A stretch of DNA of 64,000 bases, from NCBI GenBank assembly GCA_002104905.1, contig MCFE01000483.1:4108-68107 (forward strand). The letters are read 5' to 3'. Positions 35,428-48,372 of the stretch are shown one piece after another (the first letter of the stretch is position 1; every line of letters begins with the position of its first letter). The notes under the pieces were generated by a model. It worked only from the letters and a program-made list of their open reading frames with translations. It was not told the DNA's origin and did no database searches. The stretch comes from Basidiobolus meristosporus CBS 931.73. Taxonomy: Eukaryota; Fungi; Basidiobolomycota. Position numbers and translations under genes: made by a program.

Positions 35428-37058
35428 CTAGTGGATCAGTCCAAGTCTGACGCTGTTTGGAACTTGACGGTCGTTATCCTTCGCCTCACTCTTAGTAGTT
35501 GTGGGCCCTACTTTACATTCCGTGGTTTCATCCCGAGCCGTTTTCAAAAATGGGATCAGGTCAGTTCCACCGGTTCCTCGAACCACATCCTCCTTATTAA
35601 CTGTCCTAGCGATGCCATGAGTGTTTGACGGCTTGTTAAGGTTGGTAGAAATGGTGGTCTTTGGAGCATCCGCAGCCCCGCCGACGTTCAATGGAGTGGT
35701 CATGCCCGACTGCCCTTTCTTCGCTGGGATTACAATATACCGAGTAACCATTTGGATATGGGCGTTTCTGAATAGTTTCAACTGTTCTAAACAACCATCA
35801 AACGCCTCTAAAAGCTCCTCCTGCTCGAAATCATCAATTTCGTGAGGGTTTCCCACTCCGTTGACGGACATATCTTGCACATATTGGCGAATGCTAGGGG
35901 CGTTCTCCAGCGCTTCCAGGAAACGGCGATGCTTACCAGGCATATACTGCCGCATCTCTGCAAAGAAGCTAACTGGCCTGTTTTTCTTCAAGGGGGTGTT
36001 CTCGGCATCCCCAGGCTTGGAGTCCCCGGTGGCGGTATGCTGAACACCCAAAGCAACATCCAGACTGTGTATCAAAGCGCTCTGACCAGCGCTTCCGCCG
36101 GCGTATTTGCGATAGCGGGAATACAGCTCCTCTTGATCGGCATAGGGCTTTACATCATCCACTCCTTGGTAGAGGATTCCGTGTGGTAGACCAGCTTCGG
36201 CCATATTTTTCCAACCGGCCAAGTAAGTCCGGATTTTCCAATAGAAGAGATATGGATCACATTTATCATACATCTGAACCAGGATTCGCTCAAGCTTCTG
36301 AATGGTTTCAGATAATTTCTGTAGCCAATACACAACTTTTCCTGGGGAATTATCGACGACCGCCTTCATAGCGTTAACAACTGCGGTGAGTGCGCGACCA
36401 CCTTGAGCCTCAATAGCTGCGGTAATTAAGTAAAACCAAGCTTCGTCATGAGAACCGGTAAACGTGTGCATCATAGCCAAGTTACTACGTTTTCAAGTTA
36501 TAAAACAATCAGTTCTTCCAATTCAATCTCTAGCAGCCCTTGGTATTGATGTTTACCTCAGGTCTAAAGGACCATCTCTATCTAAGAGTCTCCAGTTCCA
36601 GATGACAATGGAGGCATTGCACAATACTGGGCTCATGTCCAGAATGCTAGCCAGTCTCGTGAATGGAACAGCAACACAAGGTGGTAATACTTGTGATACG
36701 GGCTCATTTTTGCCCCAAATAAACCCATGAGTGAACATGGAAAGGATCACGAAGCCTCTCTGCTGCTCAGCCTCAGTTTTCAGATGGCTGATCTCTAAGA
36801 TAGGTAACTGAAGTTGATTCGTATTAAAACCACTGGTGTAGGAGAATCACATAGAAACGAATTCTCTCAGGATGGTGTACATACTTGGAGGATTTTTTGG
36901 CGAAGCTTGCCGGCCAAGAGCAACTCCTTGAGGTCGTCCATAATATATTCCCAAGGCTCGTAGTAAGGATTTAGAAGACGTCGTAGGGGACCATTGGGAG
37001 GAAGAAATCCAGTTTCGGTAGATATGCCAAAATCTTCTAAGCGAGGGATTCTATTCAT
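35428..37058 (-). CDS. BNA2: Indoleamine 2,3-dioxygenase; exons 37058-36885, 36807-36557, 36484-35428
   Basis: Spliced product: ISTETGFLP...LPILEISHL...DLSNLAMMHTFTGSHDEAWFYL...YAGGSAGQS..MRQYMPGKHRRFL..FRNAHIQMVTRYI..RGTGGTDLIPFLK. Introns are GT-AG and in phase. Confidence 0.95.
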
Positions 37059-40000
37059 TCTAGCTAATGTGACGTGATATAACAGATGCAGGGATGGTGA
37101 TTGTGAGGAAAAATAATTCCAGTGAAGCCTTTTGAATTTTGCCTCTGTATGATGTTACGGGTGAAGTGGGGACCTCTGATACGGACAAGGGAAATCCTGA
37201 CCTAATTACCTAGGTTTATATACTGTCATTTGGATGATTTACAACCCGAACAACATCTTGTACTCCCCGACTGCTTTTTCAATATCCCAATACCAACCAA
37301 TAACAAGTCTCGATAAGCACGATACTTCACGGTGTTTAAACTAGATTAAAAAGGAAATACTCCTGATGGTTGTGATGTGAACTATTTTCTACCTTGTCTG
37401 CCCGACCATCACTGCGGGAAGGAATGGACGCAATTCGTGAATTCCCCTGGATAATCCCTAGAAGATGCATCATAATTGTGTAGATGTGTAAACCAGAAAG
37501 CTGCCGAGTGGTGAAGAGTATGTCGCCATTGAAAGAGTGGTGTTTGTTAGTAGTCGGCGGGAAAAAGAGTATGGTGTGACAGGATATCACACCATTCGAC
37601 CAATGGCCCAGGCCATGTCATCTTGAAGAATTGAGCCAAGTATAAAATGATGGTCGCTAGGCGGATCTTTCCCATTGGAAGGTACGATAAATTAATCCGA
37701 ACTTTATTGTGAAAGTCAACCATCTTGATGACTGATGGAGAAGGTGATCTTGCGAATTAAACTCCGATATCATCATCTGGTAACTTGACAGGATAGCCCA
37801 GACACAAGTATTGACCGCAAGGCAGGCCCCTCGTTTTCAACCGCTTTAGTTGATTTATAACAGCAGTAGTTACATGTGTTGAGCTACTTTGTCCCATCAC
37901 CTTGTGATGCTTCATGACTAAGGATGCCATGCTGTTTTCAACTATTTCCAATGTCCGATATGGATTGGGGATGGACTGCCCAATCACAGGCCTGTGAAAC
38001 GTCGAATAGGGCAGTGTGCATTGGCAAATCTAAATCGGAGTATCCAATGCATGACTTCCATACTGCCAAAAACGATAAGATAATCATTACCGTTGTCGCC
38101 AAGAGATTCATTCAGTCATTGCCTAAGGTCACATGTCCAAGTCGCAAGGGGAATTGCTGGTGTATATCCTTGTCACCTTGAAACAGTGGGCTCGGCCAAG
38201 TAAGTCAGGCTTACTGACCTACACTGGTGGCTATTAGCTCAAAGTCCTATGCTCAACTGCCAGGTAGAAAGGTTTCTGGTTAACAAGTCACGAGTATGCA
38301 ATGATTGGATTTGGAGGAAGCCCCATTCCAGTTGATTGGGTTCCCTTAGATCCATAAAACATAACTTGGTGCAAAGTATTGACTGCAAATTGGCCGCCTA
38401 TACACTCCTCAGCTAGTATGTAAGTTCCCTTTGAGTCGATTGGCTTCAAGAGTTGATCAAGTGTAGGGTGGGTTTATTCGTTGTCTAAAAATTAAATGGA
38501 CTTGTATTATGGATCTGAACACACGTTTGCCTGTGCTCAACAAACCGATGCGATTTACAATAAAGAGTTATACACTGAGGATATTCTAGTCTTTGAGCAG
38601 ATGGGTTAGGACGTAGACATTACCCCACCTGGGCACCTTGTGTGGCGGGCGAAAGGGGCGCGCGGGTGCCAGATACCAGGTGCAGGGCTGCTGGTCTTAA
38701 TGATCCTTTTCTTGCCCCTGAGCAGCTGTACCCAGCATACCAAATAGTGAGGACTTTGGATATGGACTACGTGGTAGTTTACAGCTTTCTTTTACCCATT
38801 TGACATCCTTAGAGAAAGATATAGACATAGTTGGCTTATGAGAAGAGTTCTTCACTCTTCCCATGATAGTACTTGGCCTATTGCTTTCAAGTCCTATGGT
38901 ATGTGCAGTGGTGGACATTTTGAAGGAAGCAGTCGGTGTGGAAAAGGCGGAGTGGGTGTGATATCGGGAGCTAATCAGAATGTGCGCAGACCCAAGAATA
39001 CAAAGTTAGGCACCAGTTTCAAGGGGAGAAATTAGAGTTGGAACAAGCGGCTAGGGATTAGCAGGTTATGGGATACTTGCGGCTTACCAGTGACAAAAGG
39101 AAGAGACGTCTCAATATATAAGTCCAGGTTCAATCATGTGAGCCCGCATATCGAATAAACCAGAGGCAATGTTCTCTAATATGGAAAATGCGAATTGGCC
39201 AAGGGGCATATTAAATCTCCGTGGCTTGGGCATTTGGAGCGGTTGGCATTACATGAACATCAATTATATGCATGACTCTGGTATTACATGATATCATGTT
39301 TATGTCAAACTGATTTTACGGTCAATTGTTCTCAAGCCTGCAATCGCCTTTTAATCCACTCATAACATTGTACATCATTCTTGTGGAATTTGAGCCTATG
39401 TGATTTATGCCCGTTGCTTGAGAAGTCTCGATGAAATACGTATTGATATAAGGAAGGCTGTTATTCGTGAGATGTGTTGGTGCTGATAAGGAAGTGTGCT
39501 ACATGAACAAGATTGTTCGGGTCCATGCTGAGAAACCAATTGCAATACCTTCAGATTACACGTTTCTGAAGAGCAGTAACACCGATCCTTTATCTGAAGT
39601 ACATTGTCAGCCCATCGTAATCCCGCCTTGGGGACGGTGCCGAGCGCATGTGCAAGGAGTGAATTCCTCCGGCAACTGAGCTCTTGGATTGGTTCAGCCC
39701 TTAAACATGGTTAATGCTATAGCGAGTTTACGAAGGGCAAAGACGAAATTTACTGTGATTCAGCCCCATGCATTTTTAATCTAATCTGAGGCTTGCTGAG
39801 GCTTTTCCGAAGTTGAACCGAGTGCGATGTATGAAATCTAAACGGTGAAGAAAGGTTGATTCGTAAGATTGGTCCCTTCATCGGTAAATTATCTCCAAGC
39901 ACCAGGTCAGGTTTCCTGCATAAAGGGAAGTCGGCAAGAATACTGCAATGGTGAAGGCTCAGCATCTCATACCATGTAATCCCGATCTGCGAAACTTGAA

Positions 40001-40376
40001 ATCGCCCTGGAAGTAACCGGGATACATTGAGCTATCAGGGGGTGCCGAGCTTCATTAGCCTTCGCCTTCACCTTCACATTGCATAAGAACCAAATCATTT
40101 TGATTTCGCAGCTTGCAATCGGATTTTCACATGAACAGATATGGTATTTGATGTATGGAGTTGTTCCACCGGTCTTGGCTATTTCCCACTTGGGATAATG
40201 GTTGGTTGGGAGGCAGCAGGCGATTCCGACTATATTCAGTAATCTACCTCGAAATTCCCTTCATCCTTATTCACCAAGCAACAAAGGCCAACGGGCTTGA
40301 GATACACGAGCGTGCATAATCTCAGCTGACCTCCAGTGTCTGCTCACCACAACGAGCCGGGAGAGGGCTGAGGCTT

Positions 40377-40742
40377 TCAGTGCGATTGGCTTGTGACAGA
40401 GACTCCGTTGATAGGTAATCTTCCTTTTCTCGTATAGCTTCGGCGGATACTGTACGTGTTGACAAGATGCTCTGGGCTGCATATGCCAAGCGTTTGGTTG
40501 TGGCTGATTCGTAGCGAAAACACATCAGTGTGTACGTAAATGACATTTCTATCAATCCAAGTTGAGGAACCAGTTAGTGTACAGGAGAATAAACCTCTAA
40601 CATTCAAACCACTGGAGTGTTGCTTAGCATGTCGGCCATTTTTCTGCTGGAATCGCCTGCTGGCATGACGACGGTCTTACAGCTGGATGAACTTATCAAA
40701 CTGTAACAGAACATGACGTAGGAGAGAAGCATATTCCATCAT
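40377..40742 (-). CDS. Candidate two-exon orphan ORF, 98 aa (exons 40742-40681, 40611-40377)
   Basis: 69-nt intron with GTAAGA donor, GCTAAG branch and CAG acceptor; splicing keeps the frame open from ATG to stop. No recognisable domain. Confidence 0.3.
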
Positions 40743-42435
40743 CGTGGAGCTTGGTTTTTCGCCGCTACTCATGCAATGCATTGTGCATTGATCATAAACA
40801 TAGGCTCATGATCAAGAATGTTTCGGGGAATCGTTTTAGTGCTAGGTGGATTCCAATTGGGTCTCCTGCCATGCATTAGGATGGCATGAATTGAAAGGTA
40901 AGGGGTGGGGTTTTGTAGATCCATTGACCTGTGGGAATCCGTGAGAAATATCAGTGATGGATGGGGGTTCGTTCAGGAAACACCATCAGTTGGTTTGTGA
41001 TCTAATATCAAAACAACCTACTGAACCCAGTGGCCAGTATGGAGGTTCATGGATTTCTAATGCGACTCCTTAGAAGTGCGCGCCCGGTTTGCATGGCCGT
41101 AGGGAGAGCAAATCCCAACGATCATCCGGGGCGAGTTTCAATTGTACGTATAATAATATTGGTTTTCTGCTCTATATGGATCCCTAGGTTGATGATATTG
41201 TGGTGGTCCTCTATGCTTTGGTATGCCAGGCAATCGAATTAAGGCATCCACATCTTAATATCGGCAGAAAAGCTGGTTTCCTAGGATCTCAAAACCAATG
41301 CAGCCTCTGGCATTAGAGAGTACGCACATAACGCCCTCACTGCATAACGTTTTGGATACAAGATTATGGCTATGGCATCGCTACTTTGCCCTACCATCTG
41401 TAACTAGCTTGTTTCTGACCGGATGATTTGTATCAACCCTCACGTGGAACTAGCCATGCAACTTTCAGTATCATGGGCCCAGTATATGACAGATATCCAC
41501 CACGTAAAGCAGGCAAATTATCCTTTCCTATAGGTACGGTCCTATGTTCGATCCACAAAGAGTATGTACCCTCTGACATACCAGTAAGATTCTCGCCAGA
41601 CCTAAGCTCTCCCTCCGCATGGAGCCTGGGATCCAGTCAAGATCGAAGAAACAGAGTTATGCTGCATATAGGCAGACTCCCCGCTGCTACTTGGTTGTTA
41701 GGGCTTTTCATCAGGCAAGCATCAGAGAGCGTGTCCGCGACGGAATCGATACCTCTAATCGGCAGGCAAGACCGGAGAGAGCAGGCGCAGGACCTAGGCA
41801 TGGTGGCGAGGGACTAGAGCCACGATCTTCTGCAAATGTATTCAAGTAGATGTTTGATTTTTCTGTGCGGTCTAGTTGCAAGGGCAGTCGTCTACGGCAT
41901 CGCAGGTGAAGAGTGATCCACCCTAATTAGCGCTGTGTATGCACTCCAGTATTATCCAAACATGCTTCAGGCATAACTATGTGATGTTATCTCAGACATT
42001 AGAATATTAATGGATCATGCATTGTGTACTTTTCCAACCCAGTGATTCAATTGTACCCAGGAATCATGCAACTAACGGCAAACCTGACCATTGTGGAGAC
42101 TAGTCATATGTATTAGATCGTACAAGGTGTGAATATTACAAGGATTTCTCCTGTGATTCTCACTTTGGGTGACTAGATGCTTTACCATTCCGGCCAAAAC
42201 TGATAGGCTTTCGCAGGGAATTAGCATAGTTTAGCATAGTTAACCGTCCAACACCTTCACCTCGCTTATTTATGCTTACGGTGCTGTACATGTGCATGGT
42301 GATTTACAATTTTCTGAGATCGTCCGAATTAGGATCTAGGGCCCCAGAAACCCTCCGAGCATTATATAAATAGCCAGTAGGTTTGCTTTTAGAACTGCTG
42401 GAAACCAACCCATCATCTTTGAACTTGACAGTACT

Positions 42436-43230
42436 ATGGTTAGTTACGCACTGCCTAGAAGTCTTCAACAGACACACATCTCCCTGCAACCTTACTCCCG
42501 CCAGCTCCCACTTCATCCACATCCATCTACAGCATTTCTTCCTCTGGCTCACAATCCTTTACCCGAGCTTGCCAACACATCTAAGGGCCATGGAGCACAA
42601 CTTTCTACTCCTCAGGACATAACACCCTCACGTTTCAACTCAGCCTTCGTCTATGACGACGAGAAGGGTTTACATGAACCCGCGGCAGCGGCCCTCGCTG
42701 TTTCATATTCACAGCCTGAGTTTGCATTTGACACCAATCCGCTACCTCCACAGCCAAGCTTCCTGAATGAAATTGACGTCGCCTCCGCCACGATGCTCGC
42801 AATCTTGGCCGCCGACTTGACATATCAGCTATGGCATGGCCACCCGTGCGCATCCAGTCTTGAATTCCAGTTTTTTGTCCACCATGTTTTGAATACCACC
42901 CAGATCTCCATGCCCACATTGACCCTGGCTTTGAAACTGATCCATACATTGAAGCTTCGTCAGCCCACCTTATGCGGGGATCCCGGCTCTGAATGCCGTG
43001 TGTTCACGGTGGGACTGATACTTGCCAACAAGACGCTCGAGGACAATAACTTCACGAACAAGACGTGGTCTAAAGTGACCGGGCTTCCGAGCGCAGAGAT
43101 CAACCAGATGGAGATGGAGTTCTTGGAGGTCCTGGAATGGCGTTGCTTGGTCAGCCAACAGGATTACCTGGAGTGGCGGTCTCTCCTGGAGAACCACCTG
43201 CTCTCCTACAGCCTATCTTTGACAGCATGA
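42436..43230 (+). CDS. Clg1-like Pho80/Pcl-family cyclin, 264 aa, single exon
   Basis: FVHHVLNTTQISMPTLTLALKLIHTLK...GSECRVFTVGLILANKTLEDNNFTNKTWSKVTGL...EINQMEMEFLEVLEWRCLVS..DY..W. Confidence 0.9.
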   Translation: MVSYALPRSLQQTHISLQPYSRQLPLHPHPSTAFLPLAHNPLPELANTSKGHGAQLSTPQDITPSRFNSAFVYDDEKGLHEPAAAALAVSYSQPEFAFDTNPLPPQPSFLNEIDVASATMLAILAADLTYQLWHGHPCASSLEFQFFVHHVLNTTQISMPTLTLALKLIHTLKLRQPTLCGDPGSECRVFTVGLILANKTLEDNNFTNKTWSKVTGLPSAEINQMEMEFLEVLEWRCLVSQQDYLEWRSLLENHLLSYSLSLTA

Positions 43231-43980
43231 GTGGCCCTGATCCCTCTGCCTTTAGAAGAAGTTAGGGCTGTACGAGTTGCAAAGAAACCCACTCATCATG
43301 GATGCACCTAGATATTCCTAGTCCTCTCGTTTGTCTCTCCCCTTTCATTCCTTCCGGGAAAAGCCACTGGATATCGGACGTGGTATAGAGCTACCCACTG
43401 CGCCTGAGCAGTGCTGAGTCATGGCCACTTCGTACAGTAGCCCAAAGTGTCAGACACACCCAACACAACTTGTAAGTAGATATCCGCAATACACTTGTCC
43501 AATGAAGGACATATACAGAGTCCATAGATAAAATGAGCGGCTACTCTCGATTCTGTACTGGAAACGTATCCTCGGTAATCGAGTTGAATCCGCCTTACAC
43601 ATACACTGGATGCATGTTCCAAGAAGCCTCATGGCTGCACATTACAACTGCTACGATGTTGGTTCAATGATATATTTTCTATTAGTTTGATTGCAACCAG
43701 GGCTACGTCTTCGGTAGTACCGCCTTTCATGCTTGAAATTCCATGAGAACCCATTCAAAATCTAATAAAAAATCCGGTAGAAAGAGAGGACTAAGGGCGG
43801 CGTGTAGGTGGGGAAGTGGGGGAGGGGTCATTTTGGAATTCGAAGTGGATGAAAGGCGACCAGGTGATGCAGAAAGAAGTCGAAAGGCCTTCACAGGGAG
43901 GTTTTGGGTCAGGTATTCGAAAGTGAGACGTATCCAAAAATCATTCATAAAATGAAGCTTTTTGTGGATCTCAATTAGGT

Positions 43981-45557
43981 TCATTTCATTAACTGGTTCA
44001 ATAGCTGTTCGGCTGTGAGACAAGGCTGGGCACCTTGATGCGTAGGTGAAGAGGTCGTTACGGAGGTAGGATTGGTCATAATATAGTCAATGGGATGGGT
44101 TGGTGCGAAGAATAAGTCATCAAATGAAGGGATGCTTGCGGATATGGTGTTGGTGGTGACCATTGTAGATTCGGTGGGTGGTAGTGTTGTCTGGAGTAAG
44201 CCAGGAAGGTCTGGAGCGGAGTGGGTGTTGGATGACGATAATGGAATGGCTTCGGACTTGATCTTTCTGGGTCGAGGTTTCAGCTGAACGGTGTACTTTG
44301 ATCGGTAAAGATCAAGAACCCGTTGAAGAGCACCTTTTTTACCGGCCAGAAGCTGCGGGTTTAGCCAGGCCTAAAGGGGAAGAACCGTTTAGAATGCATC
44401 CTATTGAGCTTGAAGAGCGAGAAGTGAGTTGGCGTACCAGTTTCCAAGCAATCTCGTTGAAAATCACTTCGTCGGCTCGGTGAGCTTCCTCGTACTGGTC
44501 TTTACTTGCGAAGGCGGATCTCGGAAATACGCTGTTCTTTTGCTTGAACGCATTATCAATCTCGCTTATATCCACATCATTTATGTTGATACGCACGACC
44601 CACGACTTCCCAGTGAATATATCCTGGTATACAAGAGTATCCGTATCTGGGATGGTCTGCGGACTGCCGGATGAAGATGACGAGGTGCAGGAAGCAGAGC
44701 AATCGACATTGGACGAGGACCCTCTTGGTTTACGCCGACGAAGGGTCCCGTTCATTATCTTCTCTTGGCGAGTCACTCTTCTGGAGCGTAGACCGGGATA
44801 TCGGTTACGATAGCTGTCTACGGCTCGCTGGATCAAGCCTCGCTTCCCACTAATCTGCTCAGGGTTGAGGTAGGCCAGCTTCCAGCCTAACTGGTTACAT
44901 TCAGTCTCATAGGACCACCGGTTTCCCTTGTACTCTTCCTTGTTGCAGAAGGCTCGCGGATACACCTACATGGAGCAACTATTTAGCATATAGTCACCAC
45001 AAACACTTCAAAGGCCAATCAACAATAAACAAAAATGGAAGGATAATTGGCGTACGGTGGTACAAAGGAAGAGAACAAAGCAAGTATGAAAACGAAGAAC
45101 AGATATTTACACAGTTTTCCTGCTGGAACTTGGGCTCCAACTTCTCAAGGTCGACTTTCTCGACGTCAGTACGGATTTCGTATTTTTGGAGGCGTCGGTT
45201 ATGTGAATAGAAAAACGATACCCACTCGATGCCGTCCCGCATGAAAGTGGTTGGCTCCTTCAGGACCGCATTATTCTGGGTCGCTTTTTGAGAGGCCAAG
45301 TCCGTGACAAGCGGAACATCGAGTTTGACTTGTGTGGTTGCTAACTTGGTAATCCTGCCATCTTTTGTGTATTTCAATATATCTGTGCGCTGTTTCTTAA
45401 CTTTCATCAAAGTCTTTTCGATCAGTTCGAGCTGTTCGGAGCTTAACTCCCAAAGCACTTGATCTGGATTAAACGCAGGATCCAGCAAATGAGCAATTGT
45501 TATCTCATGCAGACTTGAAGGAATGGATTGCGCAACATCATAGTAACCTTCGTCCAT
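43981..45557 (-). CDS. Conserved fungal protein with two tandem copies of a ~95-aa domain of unknown function (DUF8032-like from memory, unverified); exons 45557-45111, 44965-44438, 44370-43981
   Basis: Copy 1: GIEWVSF.YS....KYEIRTDVE...ENC|VYPRAF...YKGNRWSYETECNQLGWKLAYLN...GKRGLIQRAVDSYRN. Copy 2: VRININDV...KNSVFPRS...NEIAWKL|AWLNP..LAGKKGALQRVLDLYR. GT-AG introns in phase. Confidence 0.85.
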
Positions 45558-47810
45558 CCTGAAAGAGCACAAGTCAAGGCGAACAGATAATATTCGGTTC
45601 TACACTACTAGCTCCCTATCAACTAACAGCAGGTCAAACCACTTGGATGAGGTCAGCGTTGGTGTGTAGTGGAATGGAACACAACTCAGGATTAGGAGTA
45701 CCAAAGAGGTATGCAAAATCTGATTCTTGCCTATTGCTGAGGAACGCAATCGACACTATAAAATACTCAGATGCCGATTCCTGTGAGTACTGGGAGTAGG
45801 AAGCTATCCTTGCACGCAAAAGTCCTATTAATTGTTTTCTATATGATGCTGGATCCTATCGATGGGTGATAATTCGCCTGATAAGAAAAAAAATCGCAAG
45901 AGAAAATCGGATTCTGGAGATCATATTCTTGGATGCTATACACAATCAACCCTATACTGACGAGATTCCGAGCTCAATCCTGTAATCCACTTGGGGCGAT
46001 ATCCCATATGTGTCTCGGTGCATCCCAAGAACAAATAAATAAATGCTTGGTGATTGAATGATTCATATTGACATTCGGAGAATGCGGACAATAGCATTTG
46101 AATCAAGGCAGATGGAGGCCGCATCTTTGCTTGTCCGACACATGCAACTAAATCTTGTAAGATCAGATATCACACCTCGGTTTTTCTGGTTAGAGGAGCC
46201 CCTCGGTGCGATGGAGAAGCTGAGATACCTAGTTCGGGCATTTCTAAGCCTAGACAATGGATTCAGACCTCAGGGCTGGCGGACGGTTGGGACTCCTGGA
46301 TTCTTCGAAGGAACGCAGATCAACGAGCCTTGCCATCTTGGGGCAGCTCACACACCCAATATGCGTTTTCTACGCATGCCTCCATGTATGCATTTTATTG
46401 GGAGTCCCACTTGCGTCATTTGATTACCCATGATCATGTATATCATCTAAACACGATCATTTTTCAATTTCTTTATGCAGTTTATTTGTTCTAGATGAGC
46501 TGGTTTCCTCTTACGTTGACTATTAGGCCCGCTTCTCCACTTCCATGAGCGCAGGACAGAAGCAGATATTCTCCTTTCATCAAGAATTTAGCGAAGCGAT
46601 CCTTACTAGAATCAGAGAGACGCAGACCAGTAAGCTTCCTATCAAGCCTCCCTTACTCACTCTTGGGGTCAGTAATCCTAACGCTCTCCTGTGTACTTAC
46701 AAAAGTCAACGATGAAAATCTCCTTGCACTATACACCCTGTACAAAGATGTGCTACTTGAGGCCTTGAGATTACTAGACAGCAATTCAAGTAGGTAGATT
46801 TGAATTTCGCGTCCACATCCATCCTGTCCGGCATTTGGGGATGCGCAACTATCGGACGCCTAAAGCTGAGGTTAGAGGACAGCGAACTTATCTTTTGTGA
46901 ACTGCAGTTAAAAAAATGGTCTGCCCATCTCAACGCAAGCTGTACCAGGTAGATAGAACGCGCCCTTGAATCTTCGTACCCTGCTGTTTAACAAGTGACA
47001 ATTGGCAGATCGCAGATCCCGAAATCGAGGAATCAGTGCTCTATGAATATTGCAATTGCCCCACGTTTCTACAGGAAGGTACAGTGGAGCAGAAACTGGT
47101 TCAATCCATATGGTCCTTGTATTCACGTATTTGAAGTTGTTATATATAAGCGGGGCACTCTGGTTAGTTACTGTTTTGAATTTTGTCGAGCAAATTTGCT
47201 TTCGAAGACTAATTCTCACGGCCTAGTGCAAACATTTATTGGCTATTCGTCTTTCGGAAGCACTAGGGAGCTGCAACGAGGTCGCTATATCGGACAAAGA
47301 GTTCGTGGATATTTTGTGCGCTAGGCATATGGCTCGGTAGAAACAGGCAGTGATTGGTACTCGTCTGGTGAATTTTATAGCTCTTGTACATATAGAATAA
47401 ATTGCTTGGATCAATAGAGCTTTCGCTGCATCTATCGTGGGGGTACGACGACTGTAAACTGCATATCACAAAAGTACCTATTCTTGATGTAGCCAGGTAC
47501 CATCGGTCGCTGGCCAAATCAATCTGGCATAAAAGAAAATGCTGTGCAACATCACTGAAGCCGTTCATGATACAGTTTGCATCGGGTAGTAAGCGCTATA
47601 AACCTTGGGAAGTTGAGTATCTTACGCCAACACGATGAGGATGGGAATTCCATTCTATCAAGGGACACACTATAGTCATGGTTTGGGGGGATGGATCTCA
47701 GTCCCGAGATTGGTTAATGCTCGCAACACACCCTGTTTCATAAACTCGACATCAAGTTGAACAAGCAATTTTATTCTTGATAAGTACCATCTTCGCCGTA
47801 TTTGACAACA

Positions 47811-48372
47811 ATGTACGCTGTCGCTACTGCTTCATTGAAAGTATGCTTATTTTCTACCGTTCAGTTGTTTTTGCCTTAAGCGAAGTGAATGCGTGGCTAA
47901 CGTCAATATCTGTGGCACCAAAAGAAACCCCTCTTCACCAATTCTGCTCGTGGGTTTTCTTCTCAAGCTGTCCAAATGAAGGGTATTTCCCTGATATTTC
48001 CTGCTTAGTAAGACATGTCCTTTGACAATGGTATAAACAACAGACACAGTTCAAGAGCTCTATCTTAAGGTCTTGAGAGAGTATAAACCTAAGGCTCAGG
48101 TGTGTTTGGCACACTTTTGAACTCAATTTAGTTACAGGCCTAACTCAGCAATTCGATCTATGATGTGTGATACCACGCGCACATAGCCGACTGGTGCGGA
48201 AGTTGGTCAAGTCAAAGACCTAAAGCTCCCTCCACCACCACAGGTAAACATCATATGTTTTCCGCTACAGGTCTTAATGATTAACTTTTCGATATACTCC
48301 CAGGTCCCCAAGGTCAATGAAGATATTGCAGCTGAGCTTGCTGCTTATGATTCTGAAGCAACTGCACGCTAA
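47811..48372 (+). CDS. ATP14: Mitochondrial ATP synthase subunit h, 89 aa; exons 47811-47840, 47925-47982, 48044-48099, 48187-48243, 48304-48372
   Basis: Spliced product MYAVATASLKKPLFTNSARGFSSQAVQMKDTVQELYLKVLREYKPKAQPTGAEVGQVKDLKLPPPPQVPKVNEDIAAELAAYDSEATAR: presequence plus the D.VQ.LYL..LR.YKP motif. Absent from the ORF track because all exons are short. Confidence 0.88.
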
